A stretch of DNA of 63,950 nt, filler included, from Collodictyon triciliatum (taxonomy: Eukaryota): assembly GCA_043381765.1 (NCBI GenBank). It is 14 parts of 14 records of this genome, joined end to end, with 100 filler letters (N's around TTAATTAATTAA, not from the genome) between each part and the next. Parts side by side here need not be neighbours in the genome. Positions count along the whole stretch, not along the records: positions 23,699 to 28,335 come from JBHJMP010005895.1; positions 28,436 to 33,071 come from JBHJMP010005896.1; positions 33,172 to 37,807 come from JBHJMP010005897.1; 11 more parts are not named here. One strand, written 5' to 3'. Below, piece by piece: positions 23,980 to 36,400 of the stretch (within the stretch, counting starts at the first letter, position 1; each line of letters begins with the position of its first letter). The notes below the pieces were generated by a model. It saw nothing but the letters and a program-made list of their open reading frames with translations, searched no databases and had not been told where the DNA came from. Made by a program: the position numbers and the translations under genes.

Positions 23980-26268
23980 ATGTCGCAAGAGCCCGTATTG
24001 GTAGAGGAGCCTCTGGACGGCCAAGCCGCAGCCCAGATCTTTGGCCAAGGAACCGGGTACACATACGACGATCTGATCCTACTGCCAGGACACATCGACT
24101 TTGCCCCCGACCAGGTGGTTCTCAAGAGCAAACTGACCCGCAACATCACGCTCAACTCGCCGCTTGTCAGCTCGCCCATGGACACAGTCACCGAAGCCAA
24201 AATGGCCATCCACATGGCGCTCTTTGGAGGCATCGGCTTTATCCACTACAACAACACGATCGAGGAGCAAGCCTCCGAGGTTTTCTCTTTTGCTTTTGGC
24301 CAACAACCCCGACCTGCTCTCTGAGAATTCAATACCATGTTCCTTGAGAGAGAGAGAGAGAGAGAGAGATAATAGCCATCATCAGAAGGGGTGCAAACAA
24401 GCGATCGGAGCCTGTCTGATCCGCCTGGCCAAGCAGTTGCTGATCCGTGTTTGTGCCTCACAGGTCCGCAAGGTCAAGCGCTACAAGAACGGCTTCATCA
24501 CAGACCCGCTTGTCCTCACGCCGAACCATCGCGTGTCCGACGTGCAGCGAATCAAGTTGCAGCACGGCTTCTGCGGAATCCCCATCACCGACAACGGCCG
24601 AATGGGTGGGAAGCTGCTCGGCATTGTGACCAACCGCGACATCGACTTTATCGAGGACAAGGAGCTCTTTCTTAGCGAGGTCATGACGACAGATCTTGTT
24701 GTGGGCCAAGAAGGCTGCACCCTCGACCAGGCCAATCGCATCCTGCGCGAAAGCAAGAAGGGCAAGGTAAGTATTATTGTCTTTGATACATCCTGCTATT
24801 GTATTCCATATTTAATTATCTTTATTCTGTTAATTTATTTACATGACTTTATTCTATAACTAAGAAAAATAAGAAAAAAATCAGGTATTTTAGGATTATG
24901 TCTCCCTGCGAGATGTGCTATTGTTCGTTCTTTTCACTAACATGTCATGACATTATTCTTGCGAAATGCATGTAGCTCCCTATCGTCAACGACCGTCATG
25001 AACTTGTTGCCCTCATTTCCCGCAACGATCTGCAAAAGAATCGTGACTTTCCTCTGGCTACCAAGGACAAAGGAAAGAAGCAGCTGCTTGTCGGTGCGGC
25101 TATTGGAACCCGTCCTGAAGATCGCACACGATTGGAGGCGCTTGTCCATGCCGGCGTGGATGTCATCGTGATTGATTCATCCCAGGTATCTGAGGGCAAC
25201 TATATTGCTGATATTCCTCTTTTTCTTCTTTCCATCTTTACATGTGTCTCCACTTTGTATGTTTCATCTGCGACGGTGACCTATGAACCACACGTCTCAC
25301 TTTTTGTCACCAACAACCCATCGGAATTCGACCGACTTTTAACGACGGACGACTACATTCAAATAGGGAGACTCTGTCTACCAAATCGACATGATTAAGT
25401 TCATCAAGCAAAAATACGAGCACTTGGACGTAATTGGCGGCAATGTGGTCACAAAGTCGCAGGCGTACCATCTCATCCAAGCTGGAGCCGATGGACTTCG
25501 TGTTGGAATGGGCGTCGGGTCAATCTGCACAACCCAAGAAGTCATGGCTGTTGGTCGCGCCCAGGCCACTGCTGTCTACGAGTGAGTCCATTCGCATTTC
25601 CTGTACCCAATCATTCCCGATATTTTGCTTCACAGGCACACTTTTCTGCCTTTTTTTTTTAAAAAAAAAAGAAACAAAAGAATGGGGCAGACGGTAAGAG
25701 ACATATGGGTAAAGCAAGAATGATTTCCCAATGTGTTTATGAGGTGTAAACACCAATACACGACGACACCACCAGGGTTTCTCGCTTCGCAAACCAGTTT
25801 GGAATCCCGGTCATCGCTGACGGAGGAATCCGAAACATCGGACACATCACAAAGGCGCTGTCCCTCGGCGCAAGCACTGTGATGATGGGTTCGCTCCTAG
25901 CCGGGACCGAGGAGACGCCCGGTGAGTACTTTTTCAAGGATGGGCTGCGCCTCAAGAAATACCGCGGGATGGGCAGCTCGGAGGCGATGAAGAAGGGCAG
26001 CGACACGCGCTACTTTTCGGAGAAGGAGAAAATCAAGGTGGCCCAGGGCGTGTCTGGCGCTGTTATGGACAAGGGCTCCATCCGCTATCTGCTGCCGTAC
26101 ATACTCCAGGGCATGAAGCACGGTCTCCAGGACCTCGGCGTTCGCTCCGTCGAGAAGCTGCGCGAGAATCTGCACGAGGGAAAGACCCGCTTCGAGATTC
26201 GGACGCACGCTGCCCAGTCCGAGGGCTCTGTCCACAGTCTCTACACATACGAAAAGAATCCCTTCTAA
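23980..26268 (+). CDS. IMPDH: Inosine-5'-monophosphate dehydrogenase, 5 exons
   Basis: [26 protein letters not shown] pair, DSSQ|GDS, catalytic [30 protein letters not shown]. Four GT-AG introns; stop TAA at 26266-26268. Confidence 0.97.
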
Positions 26269-26383
26269 GCGCTGCCATTTTGCGGCAGAACAAAATAAAA
26301 GTGAATGAGCCCGAAACGCGAGCGGTGCCGAAAGTGCCACGCAGCCGAGCGCCCAAGAGGTCGGAAAGCAAATGGTAAAAAAG

Positions 26384-26456
26384 TGCTCCGAGTGAGGATC
26401 GAACTCACGACCTTGGGATTATGAGACCCACGCTCTACCAACTGAGCCATCGAAGC
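26384..26456 (-). tRNA. tRNA-Met (CAT), elongator
   Basis: GCTTCGATGGCTCAGTTGGTAGAGCGTGGGTCTCATAATCCCAAGGTCGTGAGTTCGATCCTCACTCGGAGCA; G1:C72 and a TTC T-loop. Confidence 0.95.
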
Positions 26457-27007
26457 TTCTTGACTTTCACCAAAGTGATAGTATATAATACTCAACATCA
26501 TAATTATATTTACCTTTCCTCCTGTGATTTTATATGCGTTATCATACTTTTTCAAATCTTTTTGCCGTTTGAAGCAGCTTAAATAGAGTCCGAAGCACCC
26601 TTGAATCGAATCAAGGAAATAATAGAGTCTGAAGTGATTTTCGAAGTGTTTGTTCATATATTCCAGATTAGAAAATTCTCTCCGAAATTGATCAAAAACC
26701 TCATCCACAGAAAATGATCAAAAACCAAAATCGACGATCATCCGCCAAAGCGATGTTGCGTTGCCATGCCAGCCGCGCCGACTCGTGATCTGCTGTCCGC
26801 CTACGCATAGCAACAAAGCACTGCTGCCTAGGAATGAACAGAAAAGCATATCATTCCAGGACTCTCGTGTTCGGAACATTTTTTCCTTTCTTTGCTTCCT
26901 CTCACTGGCCATTGATCGCCAGCCGTGGATCCCTCAGAGTAACCGCTTGTTTTCTGTTTCTGTTTCTGTTCTTTTTTTTTTTTTGAGCCTTTTAGAAGAT
27001 CAAGAGA

Positions 27008-27572
27008 ATGTCAGGAAAAGGAGGCAAAGCTGAAGTACCTGAACAAACCCCTGCTCAACCACAGAACCCTGAGCAGCTGACTCAATTCGTTTGTTCCCAA
27101 TAGCTGCTTTGGCTCTCGCTCTGCAAATAACAATTCCCCATACGCCCCTCTGAAGAAAAACAATCGCACAGGCAATTTAAATAAATAATCCGAAAATCAT
27201 GCCTACCGACACACGCTGTTCTCTTCTCTTCGTAGGTCCAGACACTTCTGCTTCAGATGCAAACCCGATTCCAGGAAATGTCCAACACAATTATTGGTCG
27301 CAGTAAGTGCTAACAAAAACAAACAACAGGACATCGTTGTTCAAACAAAAAGAAAACCCAAGGAGAAGAAGAGAAAAAGACCCGCTGTGTTTTCTTCTTC
27401 GTTTTCATAAACAGTTTTGCCTCGCTTTGATCAAGCCTAACGCGAATCGTCTCCAATAGTCGATGAAATGGGCAACCGCATTGATGAGCTCGAAAAGTCC
27501 ATCGGTGAGTTGATGGCTCAGGCTGGAATCGAAGACTCAGGCCCCAACCAGCAGCCTCCTCCGAGCCAGTAA
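27008..27572 (+). CDS. HSBP1: Heat shock factor binding protein 1, 3 exons
   Basis: ..NPEQLTQF|VQTLLLQMQTRFQEMSNTIIGR|IDEMGNRIDELEKSIGELMAQAG..*. Confidence 0.92.
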
Positions 27573-27898
27573 ACTGTATGTGCTGGATTGGCCAAGCAAT
27601 CGAACCAGATGAAAGAAAGAAAAAAGATATTGAAGAATATAAGGGCAACCATAATGACACGCCAGTTCCTTCGCCCCATCCTGAATCCCTCTGCTGCAAC
27701 ACGAGTAATCCAGCTTGCAAACAATAAAAAGAATACCAAGCCACAAATCTGCTCAACTTGCTTTCAGATATACGGTTGTCGTTGAAAAGCACATCACGGG
27801 ATGTTTTTGTTCTTTTTGCTTTCTTCGGCTTGCTTTATTAATTGGCGAATGTATGTATGAAGAGAGGAGGGTTGATACGATGGATTGTGGTGTTGTGT

Positions 27899-28156
27899 CT
27901 AGTTGTGCTTCTTTGAGGTGGCGAGACATTCCAGGGGCAGGTTACACTCCGAATCCGAAAAGTACTTTACTACTGTGGGAATGTCATGCAGGTCAAGCTC
28001 ATCGGCCTCTACAGAGATGGGCTTTTTGGAGTCGGTAAACTTTGGAGAGATTCCGGCCAGTTGTGTACTCTCTTTTGGGATGAGGCCCATGAGCTTGAGA
28101 AACTCAGCTGGGGTCAGCTTCTTGCCTTTGTGAAGAAACACGTACTTGATTAAACC
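27899..28156 (-). CDS. Terminal exon of an unknown protein
   Basis: CAG acceptor followed by 85 open codons (GLIKYVFLHKGKKLTPAEFLKLMGL...KKHN*) with strong codon bias. Confidence 0.6.
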   Translation of the reverse strand, partial: GLIKYVFLHKGKKLTPAEFLKLMGLIPKESTQLAGISPKFTDSKKPISVEADELDLHDIPTVVKYFSDSECNLPLECLATSKKHN

Positions 28157-28435
28157 CTGTAGGTGCGATGAGAAAGCGGGGGATGTCAAGATTAGTTTGG
28201 TTTGTATGTATCTATGATGTATGTATGTATGTATGTATGTATGTATGTATGTATGTATGTATGTATGTATGTATGTATGTATGTATGTATGTATGTATGT
28301 ATGTATGTATGTATGTATGTATGTATGTATGTATGNNNNNNNNNNNNNNNNNNNNNNNNNNNNNNNNNNNNNNNNNNNNTTAATTAATTAANNNNNNNNN
28401 NNNNNNNNNNNNNNNNNNNNNNNNNNNNNNNNNNN

Positions 28436-29571
28436 ACGAATCTACGGCACTCACGGACCAGATATGGTCGAGCTTTTAAGAAAATCGCCTTCGACTGTTG
28501 TTCCACTTATAATCAAGAGGCTGAAACAAAAAAACGAGGTTGCAATCCTTATATATTGTTGTTACTTAAACTATGTTATGGGATTTGTAAGGATTTCAAA
28601 GATTCAGCAAGTCACTTACTTCCAGTCCTTAAATAAGCAGACGCATTTTTTTGATAGCTCTATGTCATATTTACTCAATTTTATTGCATTTGCCCATTTT
28701 ATTTCTATTGACATATTATAGGAATGGAGGTCTGCACAGAGAGAGTGCAACAAGTTCTGGCGCGATGACATGGAAAAAAATTATCACAGGTCGCTCGACC
28801 ATCAAAGCTTCAACTTCAAACAGAATGACCGCAGACTACTTAGTGCTCGGGGTACAAATTTTCTCATGAATCATTCAGCGAAGGGTTTCGGATTTTTTAA
28901 TCCAATATTTTAGCGTATCTGCATATTAATGTGTTGGAAAGGAGGATACCGTTTATATATAAAAAAATGTGATTAAGTAACACCATAGTTCATAAAGTAT
29001 CAACATGCAAATTTACATGTCACAATATGTATTTTAATTGTCATAATCATTCAAAAAAATGCTGTCAAGACCCTCTTTCCCATGTAATCGTTCAAAATAT
29101 CTAACTTTCATAATGTCTAGGCCTTGTGGCAGACATCAAAGACATCAAGAGTAAACAAGACCATCCCAATAAAGACCAGTATACATTTACTTTTCCCGAC
29201 AACAGTGTCTTACGTGATATGATGGACTTGTTAGGATACTTAATGAGGCCAGTTCTCGATGATGAGAAAGATATTCAAACTGTAAGTCTTCAATCAACAA
29301 AATCTTGGTTGAAGTTACAAAAATGTGTTGGCAATTATATAGCATCACTATGAAAATTATTCACCAGAGTGAATTCGATGATGTTATTTTAAATGTCAAA
29401 AGAATTATACTAATTGATTTTGGTACCATGTTTAGTTTAACCATTTTTGTCAAGAGTTTCTTGAAACTTTTTTCAGATGCTCTCCAGGTTTATTCCCCTC
29501 TTTTTCTTTTGCTTGTAATATTTTGTTTTTATTTTTACTTTTAGTATTACTTTTATTACTATAATTATTAC

Positions 29572-29637
<66 letters not shown>

Positions 29638-32130
29638 ATCAATCATTCAACCAATCAAGTTTCTCTGTTGACGTATTAGTTAAACTTTTTTTTTCCCATA
29701 GACGATGTCGACAGCAAACCAAAGCGAGAAAAATCAGAGAAGGTAGTCCATTTTCTGTCTCAATTGATTGTAAAATTGCTTTGTTTACATCTACTTTAAG
29801 TCATTAACCCATCTGTGATATAGGAAAAAATTGATGGGAGCAAAGGTAAAATCAATATCATCTTTATCTAACAACCGTGTTCACACACTGCCACAATGAA
29901 ATAATGAGTATTGATCATTTTTTCTTTCTCTTTTTGCTATTTTTCAACATCTTTCATATTCAGGGGAGTTAAAGTCATATATTTTGAATTCTTCTGGACA
30001 ATTATCACCACCTGCTTGTGCACAAACCCAACGAAATCCGAAGCCTCTAAATGTCGCTGTCAAGCAAAACACACCAACTAGTTCACAGCTATTCTACGGG
30101 AACAGCACACTCTACGTCGTTCTTCGGCTCCATCAAGTAAATTTTAGATACTAACATAACTTCCTTTAAATGTGGGAGTCGAATTATTTCTTCAGTACTC
30201 AGATTAACTTTCAATTTCTTATTTTTTTTTTTTTTACTTCAAGATTCTGTACGAACGCATGCTGAGAGCAAAAACACTTTCGAAAGATTCCAAGGTTTTT
30301 TTTTTCCCTTGTGGATAATGCTGAAAAAAAATAAAATAAAGATAATCTGCATAGGGTCTGAATTTTTTTTTGATTTACTTAATTGTATAATTCAAAATTA
30401 AACCTCTGTGATATGATGTGTTGCTACAGAACCGTTCCATGGTCAGCTTCTTCTCGCCCAACGCACCCCATTTGACGAACGTACCACTCAAATTACGAAA
30501 GCATATAATTTCCATACCTCGATAAAACATATTGCATGTATATTTATATGATACAATCGAAAAATAAATTGAAAGGAAGAATAAAAAAAAAATGATACAA
30601 TCGAAAAATGAAATTAAAATTATATCTTCACAAAATAGCCACAGGAAATATATGCCGCTTTCATCGAGCTCTTGAAAAGCATTTCAGCCGGAAACCTAGA
30701 CCCAGCTAAATATGAGGACGAATCGCGTACTTTATTCGGAATGTCAGGTAATCGCTTTCCTTTGTTCTTTCTTTATGTATTCCCCTTCAGTAACGTTCGT
30801 ATAAGTAAATTAACAACAATTCACAGCATATCTATGAAACCATTCTACAATCATTCCTTTTTTTTTTTTTTTATTTCTTCCATTTCTTCCATTTTTTTTT
30901 TAAAAAAAACAACAACCATAGGTTACTTCCTGTGTACGATGGACAAACTATTGCCGCTCATTCGGAGGGAGGTAAGGGCTAATCTATCTCCGTATGTATG
31001 ACAACGATGGGATATCCTAAGGTGTTTTTGTATATGCTCGATCGAGTTGCGTAAGTTGTTGACCATCCTTAATACTGATATTAACCTCACTTCAGCTCCA
31101 CAGCCTTGTTCAATGTGAAACAAGCATAAAATTGATCGAGCTGTACACTTACGAGCGGGGACGAGCAGGCGGATTCAATAATGCTGTTTATCTTGCGAAT
31201 ACCCTTTCCATGCTAAGCGACGAAGCTTGCTACCGATTCGAGCTGGTACTATCATTCGAACCATATCAAAAAAATCAACTATGTTTCATTGAAGCTATGA
31301 CGTAGAGACATATTAGTATATATTAAGATAAATCTCCGATTTCCTTTCGCATTTCTAGACCAGTGATGGTGCCATGGGCATACAGTTGATTGATAACGAA
31401 CCGCCCAAGTCTGAAATAGCCTCCATCGAGGTAAGATGGACGAGATACATTGAGAGATACATACAAAACGAGTCTCCTGCTTTTGACCCGCGTCAAAATC
31501 ATCTATACTTGATGAGGTAAATAATCTCAAGAATGAAGGTTCCCCAGCCCTTCCTTTTTATCCTTTGTAATTTTAAGCGAATTTGAATAGCAATTATTTT
31601 TTCTCTTTATTCGATTCAAATGTTTTGAATATCAAATGTAGTATGTGAGGGTGATAAAAGAGTAAATCTGTTGAGTGATCTGCCATGCAATAATCTAAAT
31701 CAGCGAACTTGAATCCAGAAACCAGAGAAAAAATGCTTCAAATGACAACGTGATGGATAATGTAATCCTGGAAAACAACCTCGAATGCAAAATCTCTCTA
31801 AGGTCAGTGGGTTAACCCTTCTTTGTAGATTCTTATCTACCTCATTCTTTTCTGTGACTCTATTCTTTCGAAAATGTACTTGAACTCTATTTCGCTTATT
31901 GGAAATACTGTTCTCTGATAATATATAAACCCCACAAAATGCCCAGAACTTTGAAGATGGTATATGTCGAAGACACAGAGGACTTTATGTACCGCAAAGG
32001 CTCCGTTGGTCGAGCAAGAGTGTCTACCATCGCGCTTAATCAAACCGTTCGCAAGAAGCATAATCAAGTGCTCGATATACTTCGCCAAGGATTGCATGGA
32101 TATACCACACCCGAGGCCATCCCCAATTAA
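28436..32130 (+). CDS. SIN3: Sin3 co-repressor, central and C-terminal part, multi-exon
   Basis: IYG.HG...VVPLIIKRLKQKNE|EWR..NYHRSLDHQSFNFKQND; LFYGNSTLYVVLRLHQ|ILYERM; KYEDESRTLFG; LENNLECKISL|..MVYVEDTEDFMYR. Confidence 0.93.
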
Positions 32131-32608
32131 TGAACACCTTACGAAAATTACAACCCCAACAAAACCCACACAACTTACAGCTGATANNNNNNNNNNNNNN
32201 NNNNNNNNNNNNNNNNNNNNNNNNNNNNNNNNNNNNNNNNNNNNNNNNNNNNNNNNNNNNNNNNNNNNNNNNNNNNNNNNNNNNNNNNNNNNNNNNNNNN
32301 NNNNNNNNNNNNNNNNNNNNNNNNNNNNNNNNNNNNNNNNNNNNNNNNNNNNNNNNNNNNNNNNNNNNNNNNNNNNNNNNNNNNNNNNNNNNNNNNNNNN
32401 NNNNNNNNNNNNNNNNNNNNNNNNNNNNNNNNNNNNNNNNNNNNNNNNNNNNNNNNNNNNNNNNNNNACACTGCTGTAATATAAAGGAATACTTTTCTTA
32501 TTCATTTTTTTCTTATTCACAACCCCTTTTCCTCTCCTTTATGTTCGTTCTTTTCAGAAGAAATAAAATCCACGTTTTCCCCTGCTGATTTACCCAAATT
32601 TGCAGATT

Positions 32609-33053
32609 TGAACTGGATATTATGATTCAAATTAATTTGACCACACTGCGCATTTTGGAGTCTATTCAAGATGATATTTTATCGATGACACCCGAATCTG
32701 CGTTGCAGTACACCCTCCCGGAGTCTCTTAAAAGTAAAATGGATCTGATATATTAAATTACATGGCAAAATTGATTTTTTTTTTTAATTATCATAGTTCT
32801 GAAGTCTGTCTACATATGGAGCTATATATTATGAATGGAGCTCATTAGTATATTCAAATGCGTCAGCCATTTTCACTATTACATTTTTAAATTCATATTA
32901 TTGATGAATTCGCATAAAATATCTATAGTTCAACACACTCGGAATATTCAACGAATCTACGGCACTCACGGACCAGATATGGTCGAGCTTTTAAGAAAAT
33001 CGCCTTCGACTGTTGTTCCACTTATAATCAAGAGGCTGAAACAAAAAAACGAG
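32609..33053 (+). CDS. SIN3: Sin3 exons that belong upstream of 28436 (misordered contig or duplicate)
   Basis: FELDIMIQINLTTLRILE.. then IQRIYGTHGPD..; 32951-33071 is identical to 28436-28556. Confidence 0.85.
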
Positions 33054-33469
33054 GTTGCAATCCTTATATATNNNNNNNNNNNNNNNNNNNNNNNNNNNNN
33101 NNNNNNNNNNNNNNNTTAATTAATTAANNNNNNNNNNNNNNNNNNNNNNNNNNNNNNNNNNNNNNNNNNNNAATATGAATATTGATGTCCATCTGAATTA
33201 TTATCATTTTTGTGACAGGTTTTCATGAAGTTGTTTTGATGATATATGCAGATAAATGAATAGTTTAATAATTAAGAATCAAAAGAGTCGAAGAGTAAAA
33301 TCATATGAGAAAAGGAATGAGTGATAGTGATGGGATTATAATAATAAAATCTTCTTTAAATAGCGCTAGTTTTCTCATGTAATCATATGTACGAATATTT
33401 TATTTTAACGTTGTTATGGTATGGATAAATTATATTCATCAAAAAGGAATAATTGTGTTCTCTGCCGGA

Positions 33470-36400
33470 ATGAACGTTGATATTCGAAACAATACTATCA
33501 GTGTTGATGAGGTAAGCAATCATTTGATTAAATATTTTGACAATATTCTATAATCATCCTATTACAAAATATGGACGAATTGACACACTATTGCTCAGGT
33601 CTCTCCAAGATGGACCTCCCATCAAGCTGACCGCTCAACAGCCGGAAAATATACAATCACAAACGAAGTCGATGAAACATCAGATTTCCTCAGGTTGATT
33701 AAAAAGCTCTTTGATGTCTGCTCTGTTTGCCACAAACCATCCGAATTTTTGTTTTCGTTTATATTAATAAATTGGGTGATTTTTCTCATTATATTTTATC
33801 ATCCTTATTATCCAATAAATAATTATATGAGTGAAATAGTCCTTGTCTTCTAAATGGTGACCCTGGAAGTGGGTGTGATGGAAAAATTCGAGATGATGTT
33901 CACGGAGGGTTCAACGAACATACAAGAAATCAGTGTAATTCTTGATTTATTACCATTTTGATATTGACGTGAACTGTCCTAATATACATCAAATACAAGG
34001 CCACTGTCAATATTTAGATAGAGATGTTTCGATGATAGATGAACATGAAAGGGGCGGTCAAACTGCTATTCAGTCACCACTACCAGATTACTTTGGAAGA
34101 GGAATGTGCTCTGAACTTGTTATTTTTCCAAACATTGACCCAAATGTTCTGGATGATGAAATGTGCTTTAGAGAATCCATCGGTTATTCATTTCGCGGTG
34201 ATAAAGTGTATGAGGTGCGTTCAAATTCTAGAGGAGGGGGATGTACTGTATCATGCTCATCAAGGAAAAAAGTTGCTCCTGCTAGAATTCCAACTACTGA
34301 ACCAAACATTACTACCACCGAAAGTTTACAAATTCAGCCGCTTGTTGACGGGATGTCGAGGATTACCGCAGCAAACTCAACACCTGGTTCAAGTTCACCA
34401 AATATATCCTTACAACAGACCCAAGTGCTGACGTCTCAGTTGTTGATGAGCCCTACCAAGGAAGAGGATATGAAACTCGTTGAACGCCTTGTTGCACTTC
34501 ATATTTCTTTAGTTGAGAGACAGACTCAGAGCCTACGTGAACAGGCTGAGATTGCCGAGAAACAGGCAGCCATCCAGACTCAGAGCCAACGAGAACAAAG
34601 TGAATCAAACCAAAGACTGATTCAGGGCCTTATCGATCAGGTCACACGACTGCCTGCATCTGAGCAAACATCGCAAGTGATTGATTCATTGGTGCGCGCT
34701 ATTTCGCCACAAGGAGCATATTCGAGCTCTGGTCAAGCAAATGCAGCCATATTTTCAACCACGCTGCAATCTCAACTTCATGATAACGTTGTCACCAATA
34801 CAAGCCAACAATCCAGCGTTAATATTACTCCTATTACTCAATCGATTCCAACAAATCCTGTTGCAGTTCAACCAAAACCTCATAATTTTTCGCAAACCCC
34901 ACCTCAGCAAGGAGCAACACCGACAACACCGGCATCAAATCAGTCCGGAGCAAACCAACCGACAGGACAGCCTGCTGGCAGTGCGACAGAGACTCCACAA
35001 AGTGATGGGAACACAAATGCGCAGGCAAATGCAGGACCGAGTAATTCAACAATTTCTACACAAAGTGCTGGTAACACAAATCCGCAGGCAAATGCAGGAC
35101 CGAGTAGCGCAACAAACTCTCCACAAAGCGATGGTAACACAAATCCGCAGGCAAATGCAGGACCGAGTAATTCAACAAATTCTACAGAAAGTGCTGGTTA
35201 TACAAATCTTCAGGCAAATGCAGGAACAAGTAGTCCAACAAATCTCCCAGGAGAAACTCATGCGAATGCCTCCGAGCTTGCAAAAGCCATATCTAAGCAA
35301 CGAGACCGACAGTATGGAAATAATGCCGATAAAAAAAGAGCTCTTCGCATAATCAAGCTATTCATGAAGGAACAAACCGCTTGGGATGAGAGCTTGGAAG
35401 AACTCACTGCACTGGCCCCGGCAAGAGACAAACTCATTTCGGAGAAGCTGATAACCGCTATTGGCAGAATGATAGACGAAAAAATGGAAAAGCCGGACCG
35501 TTTGCTAAATGCCTTGAATACTGTTGTGGGGAATACACTGAAGGAAGATTTCGACCACACGCTGCTTGCTCAAGTCCTGGATATTCTGATAGACCGTGTC
35601 GGAACTCTCTTTGCTTCGGACGAGGCTTTATGTCAGAGGATATTGGACAGTCTGATTTCCATTCTGAATTCGCTATATGTTTCTGGAGCATCAGGAATTC
35701 CTAAAGAAAAATACAAATCATACAAGGAAACATTTGGACAGAGCTGGATCGATAAGAAAATTGAGACTCGTGGTGAAGAAATCGAGAGTAAAATGCAGAT
35801 TCAATATGTTCAGGCCAAGAAATCCTTGTTCTGTGAGCTACTGAAGCATATTGGCGATGGCCAGAGTCCAGTCGTGAAGAATCTGAAAATTGCTGGTAGA
35901 GTTGGACTCGGTCTGTTCAACGCTGCATCTGCTGCTTTCTCTTTCGACATCAGCGGCACTCTGGCATCATTGCAGGAGGTTGCTACCGCTGTTGGAGAAA
36001 TCGATATCAAAAAGAATTGGTTTACATTCTATAACTTGTTTCGTGTCAGTTTATTCGTCGGTGCCGATGAGGCGAAAAAAGCGTGGGATTCTCAATTTTC
36101 AGCGAAGAAGGACAAAGTTGGAGAAACGCTGGCATTCCTAATTATTGATACAATTTATGAATGCTATCTCCACAAATACAATAGCTCTGAGGGACAAAAA
36201 GTCCGCGAATTCCTGGAGCATATCACAAGTCATGAAAAATGGTTGAAAAGTGAGGTTATTAATCGATTTGTGGAATCAAAAAAGCAAGAAATGGCAGGAT
36301 ATAAGCCAAAAGGGTCAACATTACCTACAACTCTTTTTGAAAAGGCTGGTAAAGACGAAAGAACAATTCAAGACATCATCGAGAATATCAAGGAAGAGAC

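Noticed and set aside
26414-26424. tRNA-Met anticodon arm TCATAATCCC matches the 13-bp minisatellite core
   Set aside because: A 10-11-nt match between unlinked scaffolds, with no other tRNA sequence in the array.
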